The notes under the pieces: generated by a model | The model's input: only the letters and a program-made list of their open reading frames with translations | Database searches by the model: none | What the model was told of the DNA's origin: nothing | In this document: positions 1 through 11,132 of the stretch, piece by piece | Position numbering within the stretch: the stretch's first letter is position 1 | How the letters are laid out: each line of letters opens with the position of its first letter | NCBI RefSeq assembly: GCF_001447785.1 | Contig: NW_015160247.1 | Span: 186,001-246,979 of the forward strand | Origin: Gekko japonicus | Taxonomy: Eukaryota | Reading direction: 5' to 3' | Length of the DNA: 60,979 nt | Position numbers and translations under genes: made by a program

Positions 1-350
1 CATAAAGTGTTATATACTCATAAAGTATTATTTCCAATATTCCATATGAGACATTCAGTACAAAAATATAGTTATCTCCACCAGTATCAAAATGGCATAC
101 AGAAAACACTCACAAGGGAAAAGTTCAAGGAAGACGGGGCTTCCGGTTGACTCCCACATTTCCGCAATTTGGTCCCTTTTTCAGTAACTGGCAGAGCATC
201 CAACAAACAATCCATCTTCCTTGGACTTTTCCCTTGTGAGGGTTTTCGGTACACCATTTTGATACTGATGGAGCTAACTATATTTTTGTACTGAGTGTCT
301 CATAGGGAATATTGGAAATAATACATTACAATAACACTTTATGAGTATAC
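1..350. repeat. Imperfect inverted repeat (~125-bp arms, ~13-137 vs ~212-350) with ~75-bp spacer; probably transposon-derived
   Basis: The reverse complement of 13-137 (tatactcataaagt...caaggaagacgg) aligns to 212-350 at roughly 90% by eye. Confidence 0.8.
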
Positions 351-527
351 AGAATCATTTTTTACTTTTGCCTTTATTGGAACAGCATTGTATTTCACAG
401 CGGTTGTTTTTGCTGTTGTGTTCACAAGCTGGCATCTCAACCACTCCATGGATAACGTCGCAGGAACATCAGCACTCTGGGCTAACATTTTAAAAGTCAA
501 AGGGCCCTCTCAGCCTGTACTCTTATC

Positions 528-840
528 CAGGGCTCTAGTCGGGGGGGAGCTCTCAGGTACGGAGCTCCGGAAGCGAACCTCTAGGGGGCGGGGCGGTCAC
601 GTGGTGAAGCCCCGCCCCCTTCTTTACCCCGCCCTCTGCTTCGATCCTCATTCCGTTTGGGAATGAGGATGAAGCAGGAGGGTAAGTAGCCGGGCCTTCT
701 GACACACTTCCAGTGATGTCAGGGGGTGTGGCCTTCTGTCACTTCCGGTGATGTCAGGGGGCGTGGCATATGCAAATAAGTTATGCTAATGAGTTATGCT
801 AATGAGCTCCGGCAGCTCTTTTTCTACAACAAGACCCCTG
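528..840. mobile_element. hAT-type MITE with 8-bp TSD
   Basis: Ends CAGGG...CCCTG; perfect TSD CTCTTATC at 520-527 and 841-848; same family as 37487-37879 and 23410-23552. Confidence 0.85.
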
Positions 841-1080
841 CTCTTATCGATTTTAACCTCACAGCTTGAGGAAGAATCTTTCCAAGAACCTTTTCCTCTT
901 CATTATCAACAACAGATGCCAGCGATTTCTCCTTTTTAAATTCTCCCTCCAGAGACGAGGGCTGCTCCGCGCCTTTCAAAATAGACTGGAATACTCGCGC
1001 CGCTCCCAACCGCGCGCCAGGAAACCCTTCTTAATCCCGGATTGGTTTGCCTTCCAGGCGCCAAGGCACCACCGCGTCAC

Positions 1081-1125
1081 CTCAGCAGTCCGCCACCTGC
1101 GCATGCGCTCCGCCATTTTAGGCCC
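1081..1125 (-). other. Possible non-coding first exon of the divergent gene (PBLD by synteny)
   Basis: Minus strand reads AAAATGGCGG...CTGAG|GTGACG (donor at 1081/1080); assignment rests on synteny only, as no PBLD coding sequence is in the window. Confidence 0.3.
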
Positions 1126-1254
1126 TTGACCTAAACCCACGTTTCCGTGGCGCGTCCCCTTTTTCCAATTCCGCATGCGCCGTCCCCTGCACCTGGACTA
1201 CGTGAACGAGATTCCCGTCACCAAACAGCGGCGTTATCGCGATACGTGAGCTTC

Positions 1255-1388
1255 CGACGCCATCCTGTCTGCTTCAGCTGCGTAGCTCGTTAGTCCGCCG
1301 CCCGTTAAGTGCTTCCTTGTTCTTTGTGGGGGAAGTTCAGCGCTGTCGTTTGCGCCGATCGGCTGGGGAAGTGGGTGAGGTGCTGCCG
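1255..1388 (+). other. HNRNPH3: HNRNPH3 non-coding exon 1 (5' boundary approximate)
   Basis: Inside the CpG island; strong donor CCG|GTGAGT at 1388/1389. Confidence 0.55.
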
Positions 1389-2477
1389 GTGAGTGGGGAG
1401 GGGGCAGCGGCTGGGCAACCTGGTCGCTGAGGTACTGGGGAAACGTGAGGCGAGGTGGGCGGACCCGCCTTCTCGCTCCCAGAGAGATTAACGGGCTCCG
1501 AGGGGGAAGGGGGAAGGAAAGGGTTAAGCGGTGGTTTAGCGCGCGCGAGAGAGAGACAGACTTTTAGTCTCCCCGCCGCCATTTTGAATGTGGCGGTGAG
1601 AAAGGGGAGGCGGCGGTGGTGGCTGCTGAACAAAGTGGTTCTCTTCAGGGCAGATAACATGGGCGCATTCTCCAACGGCTACCGCCGACGGAAAAGGCTG
1701 CCCGGGAGCGAAGCGCATTTTGAAAACCGCAGCCGCCAAAAAGGCGGGCTTGACAAAAGAAAGAGGCCGCGCGTGCGCCTCCATTGTATTCCGGCCTACC
1801 TTCCCTCGCTGACGTAGATGTCCCCCTCAGTCTTCCCCCCCCTCCTCCCCCGGAGAGCGCGAGACGTTCTGAATTGTGCCACACCCCCTCCTACGGAGGA
1901 CTTGCGCGCCTGCGTTGTGGGGTTTGTGTTGTCGTGTTTGAACATTGGCGGCTGGGTTGCAGTTGCTATTTACAGTGTCCGTTATACGCTTGGTTTGAAG
2001 AAGGGGGGGGGGGAGGGAGAAGAGAAATCGTACTCCTGTTAACGGCCTGGTGAGAAGAGCCGTAGGCTGGTGCTTGTTGAGAAGTAAGGCCCATTGGTCT
2101 TAATCGGGATTACTTAGAGCAGTCTCCAAGAGCCTTCTGGCAACTTTAAAGCCGAACTGGTTTATCGTGGTATAAGTGGACACGAGAAGTGATGTCTGTC
2201 CCTTATAAGTATAATGAATTGACCATGCATCTTTTAATCCATAAAGTTACACTAGAGTTCTCTTTTGTAGCAACAAGCTAACATGACTACTACTCTGAAA
2301 TTTTTAAGTAATCCTGCATAGCATCGTTCTGCTAAATCCTGTTGCTCAAGCAAATTACAGAAGCAGAACCTTTGTGAAATTTAAGCCTAGATTATAAATT
2401 GTAGAACACTGCGGTAATACCTGACCATGAGTGGAAATATGGTATATAGGTAGTAGATACAAAGTAAGTATATGAGT

Positions 2478-3439
2478 TTTTAACTCTGTGTGATGGAGAG
2501 GTAGTCTGGTAAAAGATCTTACCTGCTTTGTGGAATTGGCTAGAAAATATTGTTGCTGGTTGTAAATGGCTCACTTGGCAGAGTGAACAAAAATAAGGAA
2601 AGGAAATTGTGGTACTTTCCTCTTGAAATACACAGGCCATTGTACTGATGGATCGACAGGACTGTATTGTTTCAGCAAACATAATGAGCCAAGTAGCTTT
2701 TTACAATTGACTCAATTAAATAAAACAAATTTTTACCATTAATACAGCCAGATAGGACAGTTCTGAGAAAGCAAAATAATTTAAATGAATATTTCCCATG
2801 AGATTACTAAGTATCTCTCATACTGTTCATATATTGTTAATTAAATACGATACTCTGCAAAACTTAGTATACTTTGTTCTTAGATCCCTATAACGGTTCA
2901 AGTAGGACAAGACAGATGTGTTCCCAAAAATGACCAGACAGAAGAAACAGAAATTATTTTAACTCTGTGTGATGGAGAGGTAGTCTGGTAAAAGATCTTA
3001 CCTGCTTTGTGGAATTGGCTAGAAAATATTGTTGCTGGTTGTAAATGGCTCACTTGGCAGAGTGAACAAAAATAAGGAAAGGAAATTGTGGTACTTTCCT
3101 CTTGAAATACACAGGCCATTGTACTGATGGATCGACAGGACTGTATTGTTTCAGCAAACATAATGAGCCAAGTAGCTTTTTACAATTGACTCAATTAAAT
3201 AAAACAAATTTTTACCATTAATACAGCCATATAGGACAGTTCTGAGAAAGCAAAATAATTTAAATGAATATTTCCCATGAGATTACTAAGTATCTCTCAT
3301 ACTGTTCATATATTGTTAATTAAATACGATACTCTGCAAAACTTAGTATACTTTGTTCTTAGATCCCTATAACGGTTCAAGTAGGACAAGACAGATGTGT
3401 TCCCAAAAATGACCAGACAGAAGAAACAGAAATTATTTT
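2478..3439. repeat. 479-bp tandem duplication in HNRNPH3 intron 1
   Basis: aactctgtgtgatgg at 2482 and 2961; one mismatch seen (G2751 vs T3230). Confidence 0.95.
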
Positions 3440-3689
3440 CTATAGACAATCCTAATTGTGTTCTTAATTGTAATCTACCTGAGATTAATGATCTTTAAAT
3501 TCAGTTTACATTAGTAGGATTATATATATTAAACTTGGCTGGTTTTTGTCTAGTGACTTTAGGCTGGATATAAATTTTTCTCCTGCAGACCTTGGCTGGA
3601 TAGGTAGTGGGTAAAAATGGAAAAGAGAAGTGGTGGGGGTGGAATAAAGTGCCTACTCATTGTCTGTTCTTGTTCTGTATGTAAAATCT

Positions 3690-6600
3690 GGCATGGTTGA
3701 CCTGTACACCCAGGCCCTGAAGTCTCTTATGATGAGCCTTTTTATTTTCAGTCCCTGGGATAAATGTAAATAATTGCAGTAAAATTTCTTCAAGCACTGG
3801 AAGCTTCAGATTAGATTGGCATTGCCTCTCATGCAGTGATTAGCATGCAGCATCTGAAGTGATGTTTGAGATTAAGCTAATAGACACTTCTTTTTTTTAA
3901 AAAAAATTGAACATCACTGTAAACTTTTGTGCTTTGTAGTGTTGAGAGAACAGTTTATTTTGGGATGAAGCTCCTAGTGCTGCAGGCAGAACTGGAATAT
4001 TTTTCATATAGGTGGAGCAATAGTTCTTTTTTCTTTTCCAGAAGAGGTAAAATTGCTTCCTGGTGAACCAGGAAAAGAGGATATAAAAGCAGAACTCTTA
4101 GTAAAACAGCAATTCATAACATGAAAGAATACCTGCATTCTCAGGTCTTGAAGAGGACAAAGCCTCTAAACCCATGCACAGCTATCCCATCAGAATATTG
4201 GCAGGGTTAAATGCTCTTTAGTGACCCACAAGAATGAGGCTTCATGCAAGTCCATTTTTTCTTCATGAAGAGAACAGTTCACTTTGGAATAGCCAAGAGC
4301 CTTGTTGTCTCAGGCAGGATTATTTCCGCACAACTCTTTACAAAATTCTAATGGGGGGACTCCTTTATTGCATATGTCATTGACAGCAGTGTTTGCTGAA
4401 GCAGATTAAGATACCCCCGCCCCCACAAAAGAATATTCGAATAAAATAATAGGATGTGTTTTTTTCAGATAGGGCCATGCAAGTAATATGCCAATACTGG
4501 ATACTTAGTTTGAGGTACTTTTTCTGTCTGGGATGTGGTGGTTTTGAGCGCACAAGTTTGGACAGTGCCTTGAGAGGTGTAAAAGATAGAGTTGACTTTA
4601 ATGATAAATGTGGGTGTCCCAGTTACTAACTTGGTCTGACTAAGGTTGCATATATTTTTGATAACTGATGGGTACTTTTTCTGAAATTCCGCAAGCTAGG
4701 GACGCTGCCACTAAAAATACAGTCTTAAGCAGAAGAGTCCCTAGGAGAACCTTGGACATTGGTTTGAATGGAAGTCCCACAATAGCTTGTAATAATGGGT
4801 TGGCTCCAGTGGCTCAGCATGTTTGCTGCATTCCTTGACAGTCTCTTCTGACACTGGAAAGGTTTATTCCTGGGATTGTGGGGCTTTTGTGGGCTGGCAG
4901 ATGGATGCACTAAGGAAGGTAGAGTGTTGATAAGAGGAGGAAGGAAGGGTCTATATCACTCACTTCCTCAGTGCAGCCCTCAACTCTGTTGGTTGTGGAA
5001 GGATCCATGTGGATCCCAAAACATTGGCAGTCAGCTTTTCTGTGGTGGAAGAGAGTGCTGGAGGGAAGCATTGCAGAGATCTGTAACTGTCAGTGCTTTG
5101 TGTTTACAGATAGTTGGATACAGTCCAATATATTCAGCTTTCACATTGGGAAGCTAAACTGTAAGGACTGATTGGTAATGTCCTTCTGATTATTTTTAAA
5201 AAATAAGAAAATGGGAATTAACTGCCAAGTATGCTCACCAGGGTAATAAGGGTATTTTCAAGGTTCTGACACTAAGGCTTTTTTCTAGACCTGACTGAAG
5301 TGAAGCCCTCTTGGAACAGAATGCCCCATGTAGTCCCATAAGTTTCCTGGGTAGATTGTGTGCCTGAGTATATGAGATAAGTACCTTGTTAGACTAGCAA
5401 AAATATTCCGTTTGTCTTCTGCACTGTCATGTGGGGCTATGTTGACATGTATGATGGAATGTTGCCCTAAGATAAGAGTCTCTGGCAGAAGCTGTCATGG
5501 TTTTCTGATTGATTTACTGAGACAATTTTATGCGTTGTGACCAGTATGGAACTATGAGAGTAGGTCTACACAGCCTTTCTTTTGTTCTGCGTTTGGATAT
5601 GAAATTTTTAAAAATGGAGGGGTGTAACAGTTTCATTGGCCATCTTACAATGACAGCATTAGTATCATTTTCTGTGGAAGGAAATTTGCTGGCTTTGTGG
5701 TAAAGTTGAGACGTGGTTCAGAATCAGTTGATCCTTTCTGTCTGTAATCTGTCAGAATTTAGTGCTACTTTGGTCCACCTGCCTATGACTCATTTGGTCC
5801 CTTTCAGTGTATAAAGTGCCTTGACAATGTTGTGCTTTCAGGGAGAGAGAATAAGACTTTCCACTGGAGTTGTTGCCTTGTCTCCTTGTAGAAAGTTTGA
5901 AATATTGATTTACCTTGATTTAGTTATGCCTTCACTATGTCAATGACTGTCATAACTGTTACATAATAACCTAGGGTTTCTGGAAGAAATGTCTTGAGAG
6001 CAAGATGTATAGCGAGTTCTTGCTAGTTTACGGTCCGCTGAATTGCTCCTTCAGTCCAGTGTCCCTGAGCCATTGTCCGAACATATTGGACTCCCAGGCC
6101 TATGAGGGTGATGGCAGTTTTGTAGCTTCAATATCACCTGGCCCTTAGATACATTGAAAGGATTGGACGTTTGAATGGAAAAGATCTACATCACTTAGAG
6201 GAGTGTGGTTATATGCTTGCATGGCTGTGTAGTCCTGAAAATCCAGTAGAAATCGCTGCAGAGTGATTGCATACTTCCTGGCTTCCTGCAGCAACTCAAG
6301 TCCATTAGTGGTGCCAAGGAATGTCACTGTTACTACAACGTCTGGCTTCATAGTGTTGGAAATACTATTTTGTCCTTTATGAAGATGGGAAGAACTAATT
6401 TTGGATGTGCTGTGATAATTAGGTAGCAGAGGAACTGGGGTGTATTCAGGGTTCAGTTTCCAGTTCTCTAGAAATGCATAGGATTCTAGGCAAGATAACT
6501 CTTTCTTGGGTTTCCTGAAGGACTCTGCTGTAGGAGAAATATACATTAGGATATTTATTTATTTATTTATACCTTAGATTTGATATACCGCCCTATACAA

Positions 6601-8750
6601 TAGGGATAATGGTGATAAAGGTTAGGTAGTAGGGATAACTGGGTCTTGATAAAGATCCTGGGTGCTGATGGAAGGCTGGATTTCAGGTAGAGCTTTGTGT
6701 TGATACTCAAATCTATTTAAAAATTACAGAACTCTGTAGTGGCATGTTTGGATTAATATGCACGCTTCTGGGAGATTAACTACCAAAATGGGATGGTGGT
6801 TAGATTGGGGAATGAATTTGAGATCCGTGTTTCATTAATGTAGCTATATAGCTCTTGCACAGGAGAGGATGCATAGAGTCTGAGCAGATAACCACAGTGA
6901 GAGTGGCTATAAAGAGCAATTTGTGAAGGCTGATATTAAGGGCCTTATTACTCAAGAGAGGATACCAGATCTGCCATCATAAGATGGCTGCATTTGTGAA
7001 CACCATTGTGGTGGAAGCTCGGCTTGCTAAGACAGACATCTTGTGAGTCTTGTATATAGTACCAAAGTATCTCTTTGGTAAGTCCGGATTTGTCCTCCAC
7101 TGGAATGGCTCCATTTATCTCTCATTATTACTTTCAAGGTTTGGAGAAAAGGACTGTGGGGCCTGACTTCTTTTCCAGGAGAAACTCCCATGCACTTTTA
7201 GTGGTTTACAGTTTGAGTTGTTTCCCCTGGCTCCTATCTAAGTTGGAGAGTTTTAGCTTTTGTTAGACTTTTGATGAAAACGCCTTTAAACAAGTATTTT
7301 TACCTGGACTCAACCACAATGTCCCCTTCTTCTGATAACTGGCTACTGTCTTTCAAATGCTTCTGAAGCCTTAGCTGGCTTATTGGGGAAGGGGGCTTTT
7401 CCCTGCTGCCCTGTATTAAGGAGACCATGTGAGTCTTGATTTTGAGACTGACTGGTTGGATTAGCCACTTGCTTGATGATGTAATATTGGAGTCTGGAAG
7501 GGATAGAGGTTTGAGGTAAGGAAAAACAGAAGTTAACTTGATTAGCTGCAGCATTTCCCTTCTTTGTCCTTCAGGGGGACAAACATTGTTTCAGCGGCAT
7601 GTACAGTATTGTTTGCCTTTGGTCCTTTGGGGGGGGGGAGGCATGAGGCTCTGAGTGGGCATTAATGGCAAACTGCCTCTTGGTCCTAGCTTTGAAGAAG
7701 GGTCTTCTCATATATAATCCATGGGTATCTATATGGAAAAGGTAGAAATCTGAGCTGTTTTCTTCTTTGCTTTTTCTGAGGTGACCTGCCCAGAACTGTT
7801 AGTGGGAATGGCATCTTTCATTTTAGATTTCTTTTTTCTTCTTGGTGTACATAACATCAGGTAGGAAGAGAAAGCTAGTTTCGAATTACTATGTTGATGA
7901 GATTGCACTATAAGGCTCTGAAGCCCTGCTGCTATTAACCTATTATAGGAAGAAGGGGGACATTTCTCCTTCATGACCTGTTTTGGCAAAAAAGAGTCTG
8001 GCTTTGCTAGTTCAATAGGAGGAGCTTAATCCCAAAGTAAACTATTCTCCCCCACCAACTCAGCTAATGCTTGTGGTTTCATAATAGCATAGAAGAAAAA
8101 CATTAGAACGGTCTCTTAGTGAATTGAACTTTTTCTCTTTTGAGGTTTTATCTAAAAGGGGGGAGTCTCATAAAGCGCATCTCCAAGTCAAGTCTAAATA
8201 GATTTCAGTCTTCTCGGAGAATAACTAGAGAAAGGTAAAATAAAATTCAAGGATCCCACTGTGTGTTGCAGTTGACAGGTATGTGTGCAGGTGTGTGGCC
8301 TTCACTAGAAATGCTGACTTTCAGAGACTTTCTCTAAAGAAATGCATGTTATTTCTAATCTTTCCCATCTTAATATAGAGCCTGTTTTTACGTTTGGCTT
8401 GCCTCTCTCCTCCGTCTTTCCATCTGGCTGGTGAAGCTCGGTAGACTCTGTGCACTCTAATTTGCTGAGTTTTGTCTCGTGCCCATTAGTCCCTATGCCT
8501 GTATTTTGGTGCCTTGCTTCTTAGCCACTGCTTTACTCTCTTGTTAGGGCTCCAATTCTGTGGGCCTCTTCAGGAATATTGCCTTGGCTCTCCTAGCTGG
8601 CAGTGGAGAGAAGCATGCACATGGCTTGTGTACTTAGCAGCATTGGTCAGAAGTGTGCATGTGGGTTTGTGTTTTGGAAAATAGTTCAGAATGTCTTCGC
8701 TGGCCCATAGACATAGGAAATCAAAAGTAGTGTACCCATTGCAGTGATTG
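3690..8750 (-). mobile_element. Heavily decayed DIRS-like (tyrosine recombinase) retrotransposon, tentative
   Basis: Faint minus-strand similarity in DIRS order: RT-like ~6200-6550, RNase H-like ~5900-6120, YR-like ~3780-4300; no intact ORF. Confidence 0.35.
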
Positions 8751-8787
8751 AGTATAAGTAGTGAATGGGTCAGAGCATGGCTTGGCT

Positions 8788-8895
8788 AATTTTAAGAGGA
8801 GTTGGGAAGGCATTATCTCTTCCTGGAGTAGTAGAATTTTAAGAATTTTAAGAGGAGTTGGGAAGGCATTATCTCTTCCTGGAGTAGTAGAATTT
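8788..8895. repeat. 56-bp period tandem duplication
   Basis: aattttaagaggagttgggaaggcattatctcttcctggagtagtagaattt at 8788 and 8844. Confidence 0.9.
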
Positions 8896-9194
8896 GTTTT
8901 CCTGGATGGATGTATCTTAATTAGAGGACTAGACATCTTGAGGGAAGCTATGCGGCAGGCAGCATGAGCAGGTCATGCTAGTTGTTCCATATGTTATGAG
9001 TGAAAGACAGTGTCAAGTTGTCACTATCAAAGCATTATGCTTCAAGTGACAACTTAATAGCCTTTTCTTTTAATGTTTCAAGGTATTGCTAATGTATACA
9101 GTCCTACTTAGGAAGGGGTGGGGGGTGAATCTTGATTCTTAAATGCTAAATTTGCTGTTTATGTTTTTTATGGTGTTTGATTTTAAACAGCAAA

Positions 9195-9309
9195 ATGGAC
9201 TGGGCTGGGAAACATAATGGTCCAAATGATTCATCTAGTGATGGAACAGTACGATTGCGTGGTCTGCCATTTGGCTGCAGCAAGGAGGAGATCGTTCAGT
9301 TCTTTCAAG
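9195..9309 (+). CDS. HNRNPH3: hnRNP H3 exon 2 (first coding exon): [38 protein letters not shown]
   Basis: Acceptor aaacag|caaaATG; qRRM motif [10 protein letters not shown]; donor CAAG|gtagct. Confidence 0.95.
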
Positions 9310-9747
9310 GTAGCTCTAGTGTTACTGTCAAGTGACTTTCAGTGTTTCCATGTCTGCAAGATTGATAATTGAAATAGTTTAATTTTATTAGCAATTTGTG
9401 GGGGAGGGAGGGGGTGGGATTGGTGTGTTTAAAATTTAGATTGCTAAATTTGGTATTCTTTGTTAAAATACTACTAAACAGTTAAGAGATTGCATTGGCA
9501 GTGTAGGATATCAATTTTACACATCTAGACTTTTTTTTGCTATGAAATCAGAATTTGGAGAATTTAGTTATTACATCATGTAATATAGGTGGGCCTTTGT
9601 GATGTAGCTGTTGCTTTGTAGTTTGAACAAAGACAGTATTAGAATGTCTAAACCCATACAGTTTAATGCAAGTTCTTTAGTGTGTGTGTTTGGGTTAGGT
9701 TGGGGGGGAAGCTAAGCTATTTTCTTGCATTGTGTAGATTTGCTTTA

Positions 9748-9999
9748 NNNNNNNNNNNNNNNNNNNNNNNNNNNNNNNNNNNNNNNNNNNNNNNNNNNNN
9801 NNNNNNNNNNNNNNNNNNNNNNNNNNNNNNNNNNNNNNNNNNNNNNNNNNNNNNNNNNNNNNNNNNNNNNNNNNNNNNNNNNNNNNNNNNNNNNNNNNNN
9901 NNNNNNNNNNNNNNNNNNNNNNNNNNNNNNNNNNNNNNNNNNNNNNNNNNNNNNNNNNNNNNNNNNNNNNNNNNNNNNNNNNNNNNNNNNNNNNNNNNN
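9748..9999. other. HNRNPH3: Assembly gap (252 N) that must hide HNRNPH3 exon 3 (139 nt in human)
   Basis: Sequence stops at ...tttgcttta, i.e. at an acceptor; exon 2 ends in phase 1 and exon 4 needs phase 2, which requires a 3n+1 exon. Confidence 0.8.
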
Positions 10000-10496
10000 T
10001 TTGGGGGGTTGGGGGTCAGTAATGGTTTTTGGGGGGTTGGGGAGCATAAATGGACTGGCTATTTTTTAAACAAAAAAACAACAATCATATCACCCTAAAT
10101 TTAATTTGGGGAGTACAGTAGATCTGGTGGGAGGGGGAAATGGTAATACTATGTAGCTTGCTGAAATTTGGCTGTTGCAGTTTTATGGGGGGTGTTCTAT
10201 GATAGCCAGACATTTTTCAAAAAAGTCTTCTTGGGGTAGGGGGGAGTGTGGTTTAGAGATTTGTCGTATTTAATGTGCAGTTAGAATTCTAGACAGTAAA
10301 ATAAATTGCAGAAATGCTTGCTTTTGCATTTTAAAATTTCTAAAGATTAAGTGACACTTGGAAAAATAGTGTACGCTTTTATTCAACACTGTGTCTAGAT
10401 ATAGAATTTGGAGCATTTATGCAACATGTTACTGTAATTCATCCATTATGTATATGTATTCTTACATTTGTACATTGAAAATCTTTTTTTACTCAG

Positions 10497-10681
10497 ATAT
10501 ATTGAGATCTTCAAAAGTAGTAAAAGTGAAATCTGAGGATTCTATGACCCACCATGAAGAATGATGGGACAGCGACCTGGACCATATGATAGACCAATGG
10601 GAGGAAGAGGGGGTTATTATGGAGCTGGGCGTGGAAGTATGTATGACAGAATGCGTCGAGGAGGTGGTGGATATGACGGTG
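10497..10681 (+). CDS. HNRNPH3: hnRNP H3 exon 4 with two in-frame TGA: [59 protein letters not shown]
   Basis: actcag|ATAT acceptor, GGTG|gtatgt donor, 185 nt; TGA at 10534-10536 and 10555-10557; internal alternative donor at 10636/10637. Confidence 0.93.
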
Positions 10682-11045
10682 GTATGTGTATCTAATGACC
10701 ACAGGCTCTTGTCATTTTCACGTTCCTGACGTTTTTGTCAAGAAATACAGAAATGACAGTAATTATAATACATACCGAGTCTGAAATCTGGATACCTATC
10801 ATTTTTTTTACCAGCCGTGTGACTAAAGATTGAAAAGGTATGGTGAGGCATCTGGAAGTAGTTTTTGAATGTAGTTTTTGAATGTGGATGAAACTTGGTC
10901 TGCATGTTTTTGAGCCTGATTACTGTGATATAGAAAAATCTGTGTTTTATACATGATGTCAAAGAAATGCTGATTTATGCATAGTGTTAATCTGCCATTT
11001 ACTTTAAGACTGTTTCATAGTATGTTCACTTCTTAAATCTCACAG

Positions 11046-11132
11046 GGTATGGTGGTTTTGATGACTATGGTGGCTATAACAATTATGGCTATGGAAATGA
11101 TGGCTATGATGACAGAATGAGAGATGGGAGAG
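11046..11132 (+). CDS. HNRNPH3: hnRNP H3 exon 5 ([29 protein letters not shown])
   Basis: cacag| ... AGAG|gtaagg, 87 nt, Gly/Tyr-rich. Confidence 0.95.

Larger units (their letters stand above)
990..1920. promoter_or_regulatory. CpG-island promoter of HNRNPH3, probably bidirectional (PBLD is the divergent neighbour in other amniotes)
   Basis: High CpG density; NRF1-type TGCGCATGCGC 1098-1108 and CGCATGCGC 1172-1180; YY1-type CGCCATTTT 1111-1119 and ~1577-1585; palindrome TATCGCGATA 1235-1244; ATTGG 1041-1045. Confidence 0.8.

Noticed and set aside
866-2053. Cluster of 60-120 aa ORFs
   Set aside because: Expected stop-codon depletion in a GC-rich CpG island; no recognisable protein
2392-3161. 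Two near-identical minus-strand ORFs (MFAETIQSC...) as a duplicated small gene
   Set aside because: By-product of the 479-bp intronic tandem duplication; no coding features
9682-10098. ORFs of 100-138 aa in the ORF track
   Set aside because: Open only because they run through Ns; the same applies to those at 51472-51708 and 60301-60919
10534-10557. TGA codons as selenocysteine or programmed readthrough
   Set aside because: They align to basic residues (Arg/Lys), not Cys; contexts TGA-GGA and TGA-AGA are not the TGA-CTAG readthrough motif; I saw no convincing SECIS in the 3' UTR
10690-10790. Intronic C/D box snoRNA in HNRNPH3 intron 4
   Set aside because: No RTGATGA C box paired with a terminal CTGA and stem; kept only as a hairpin
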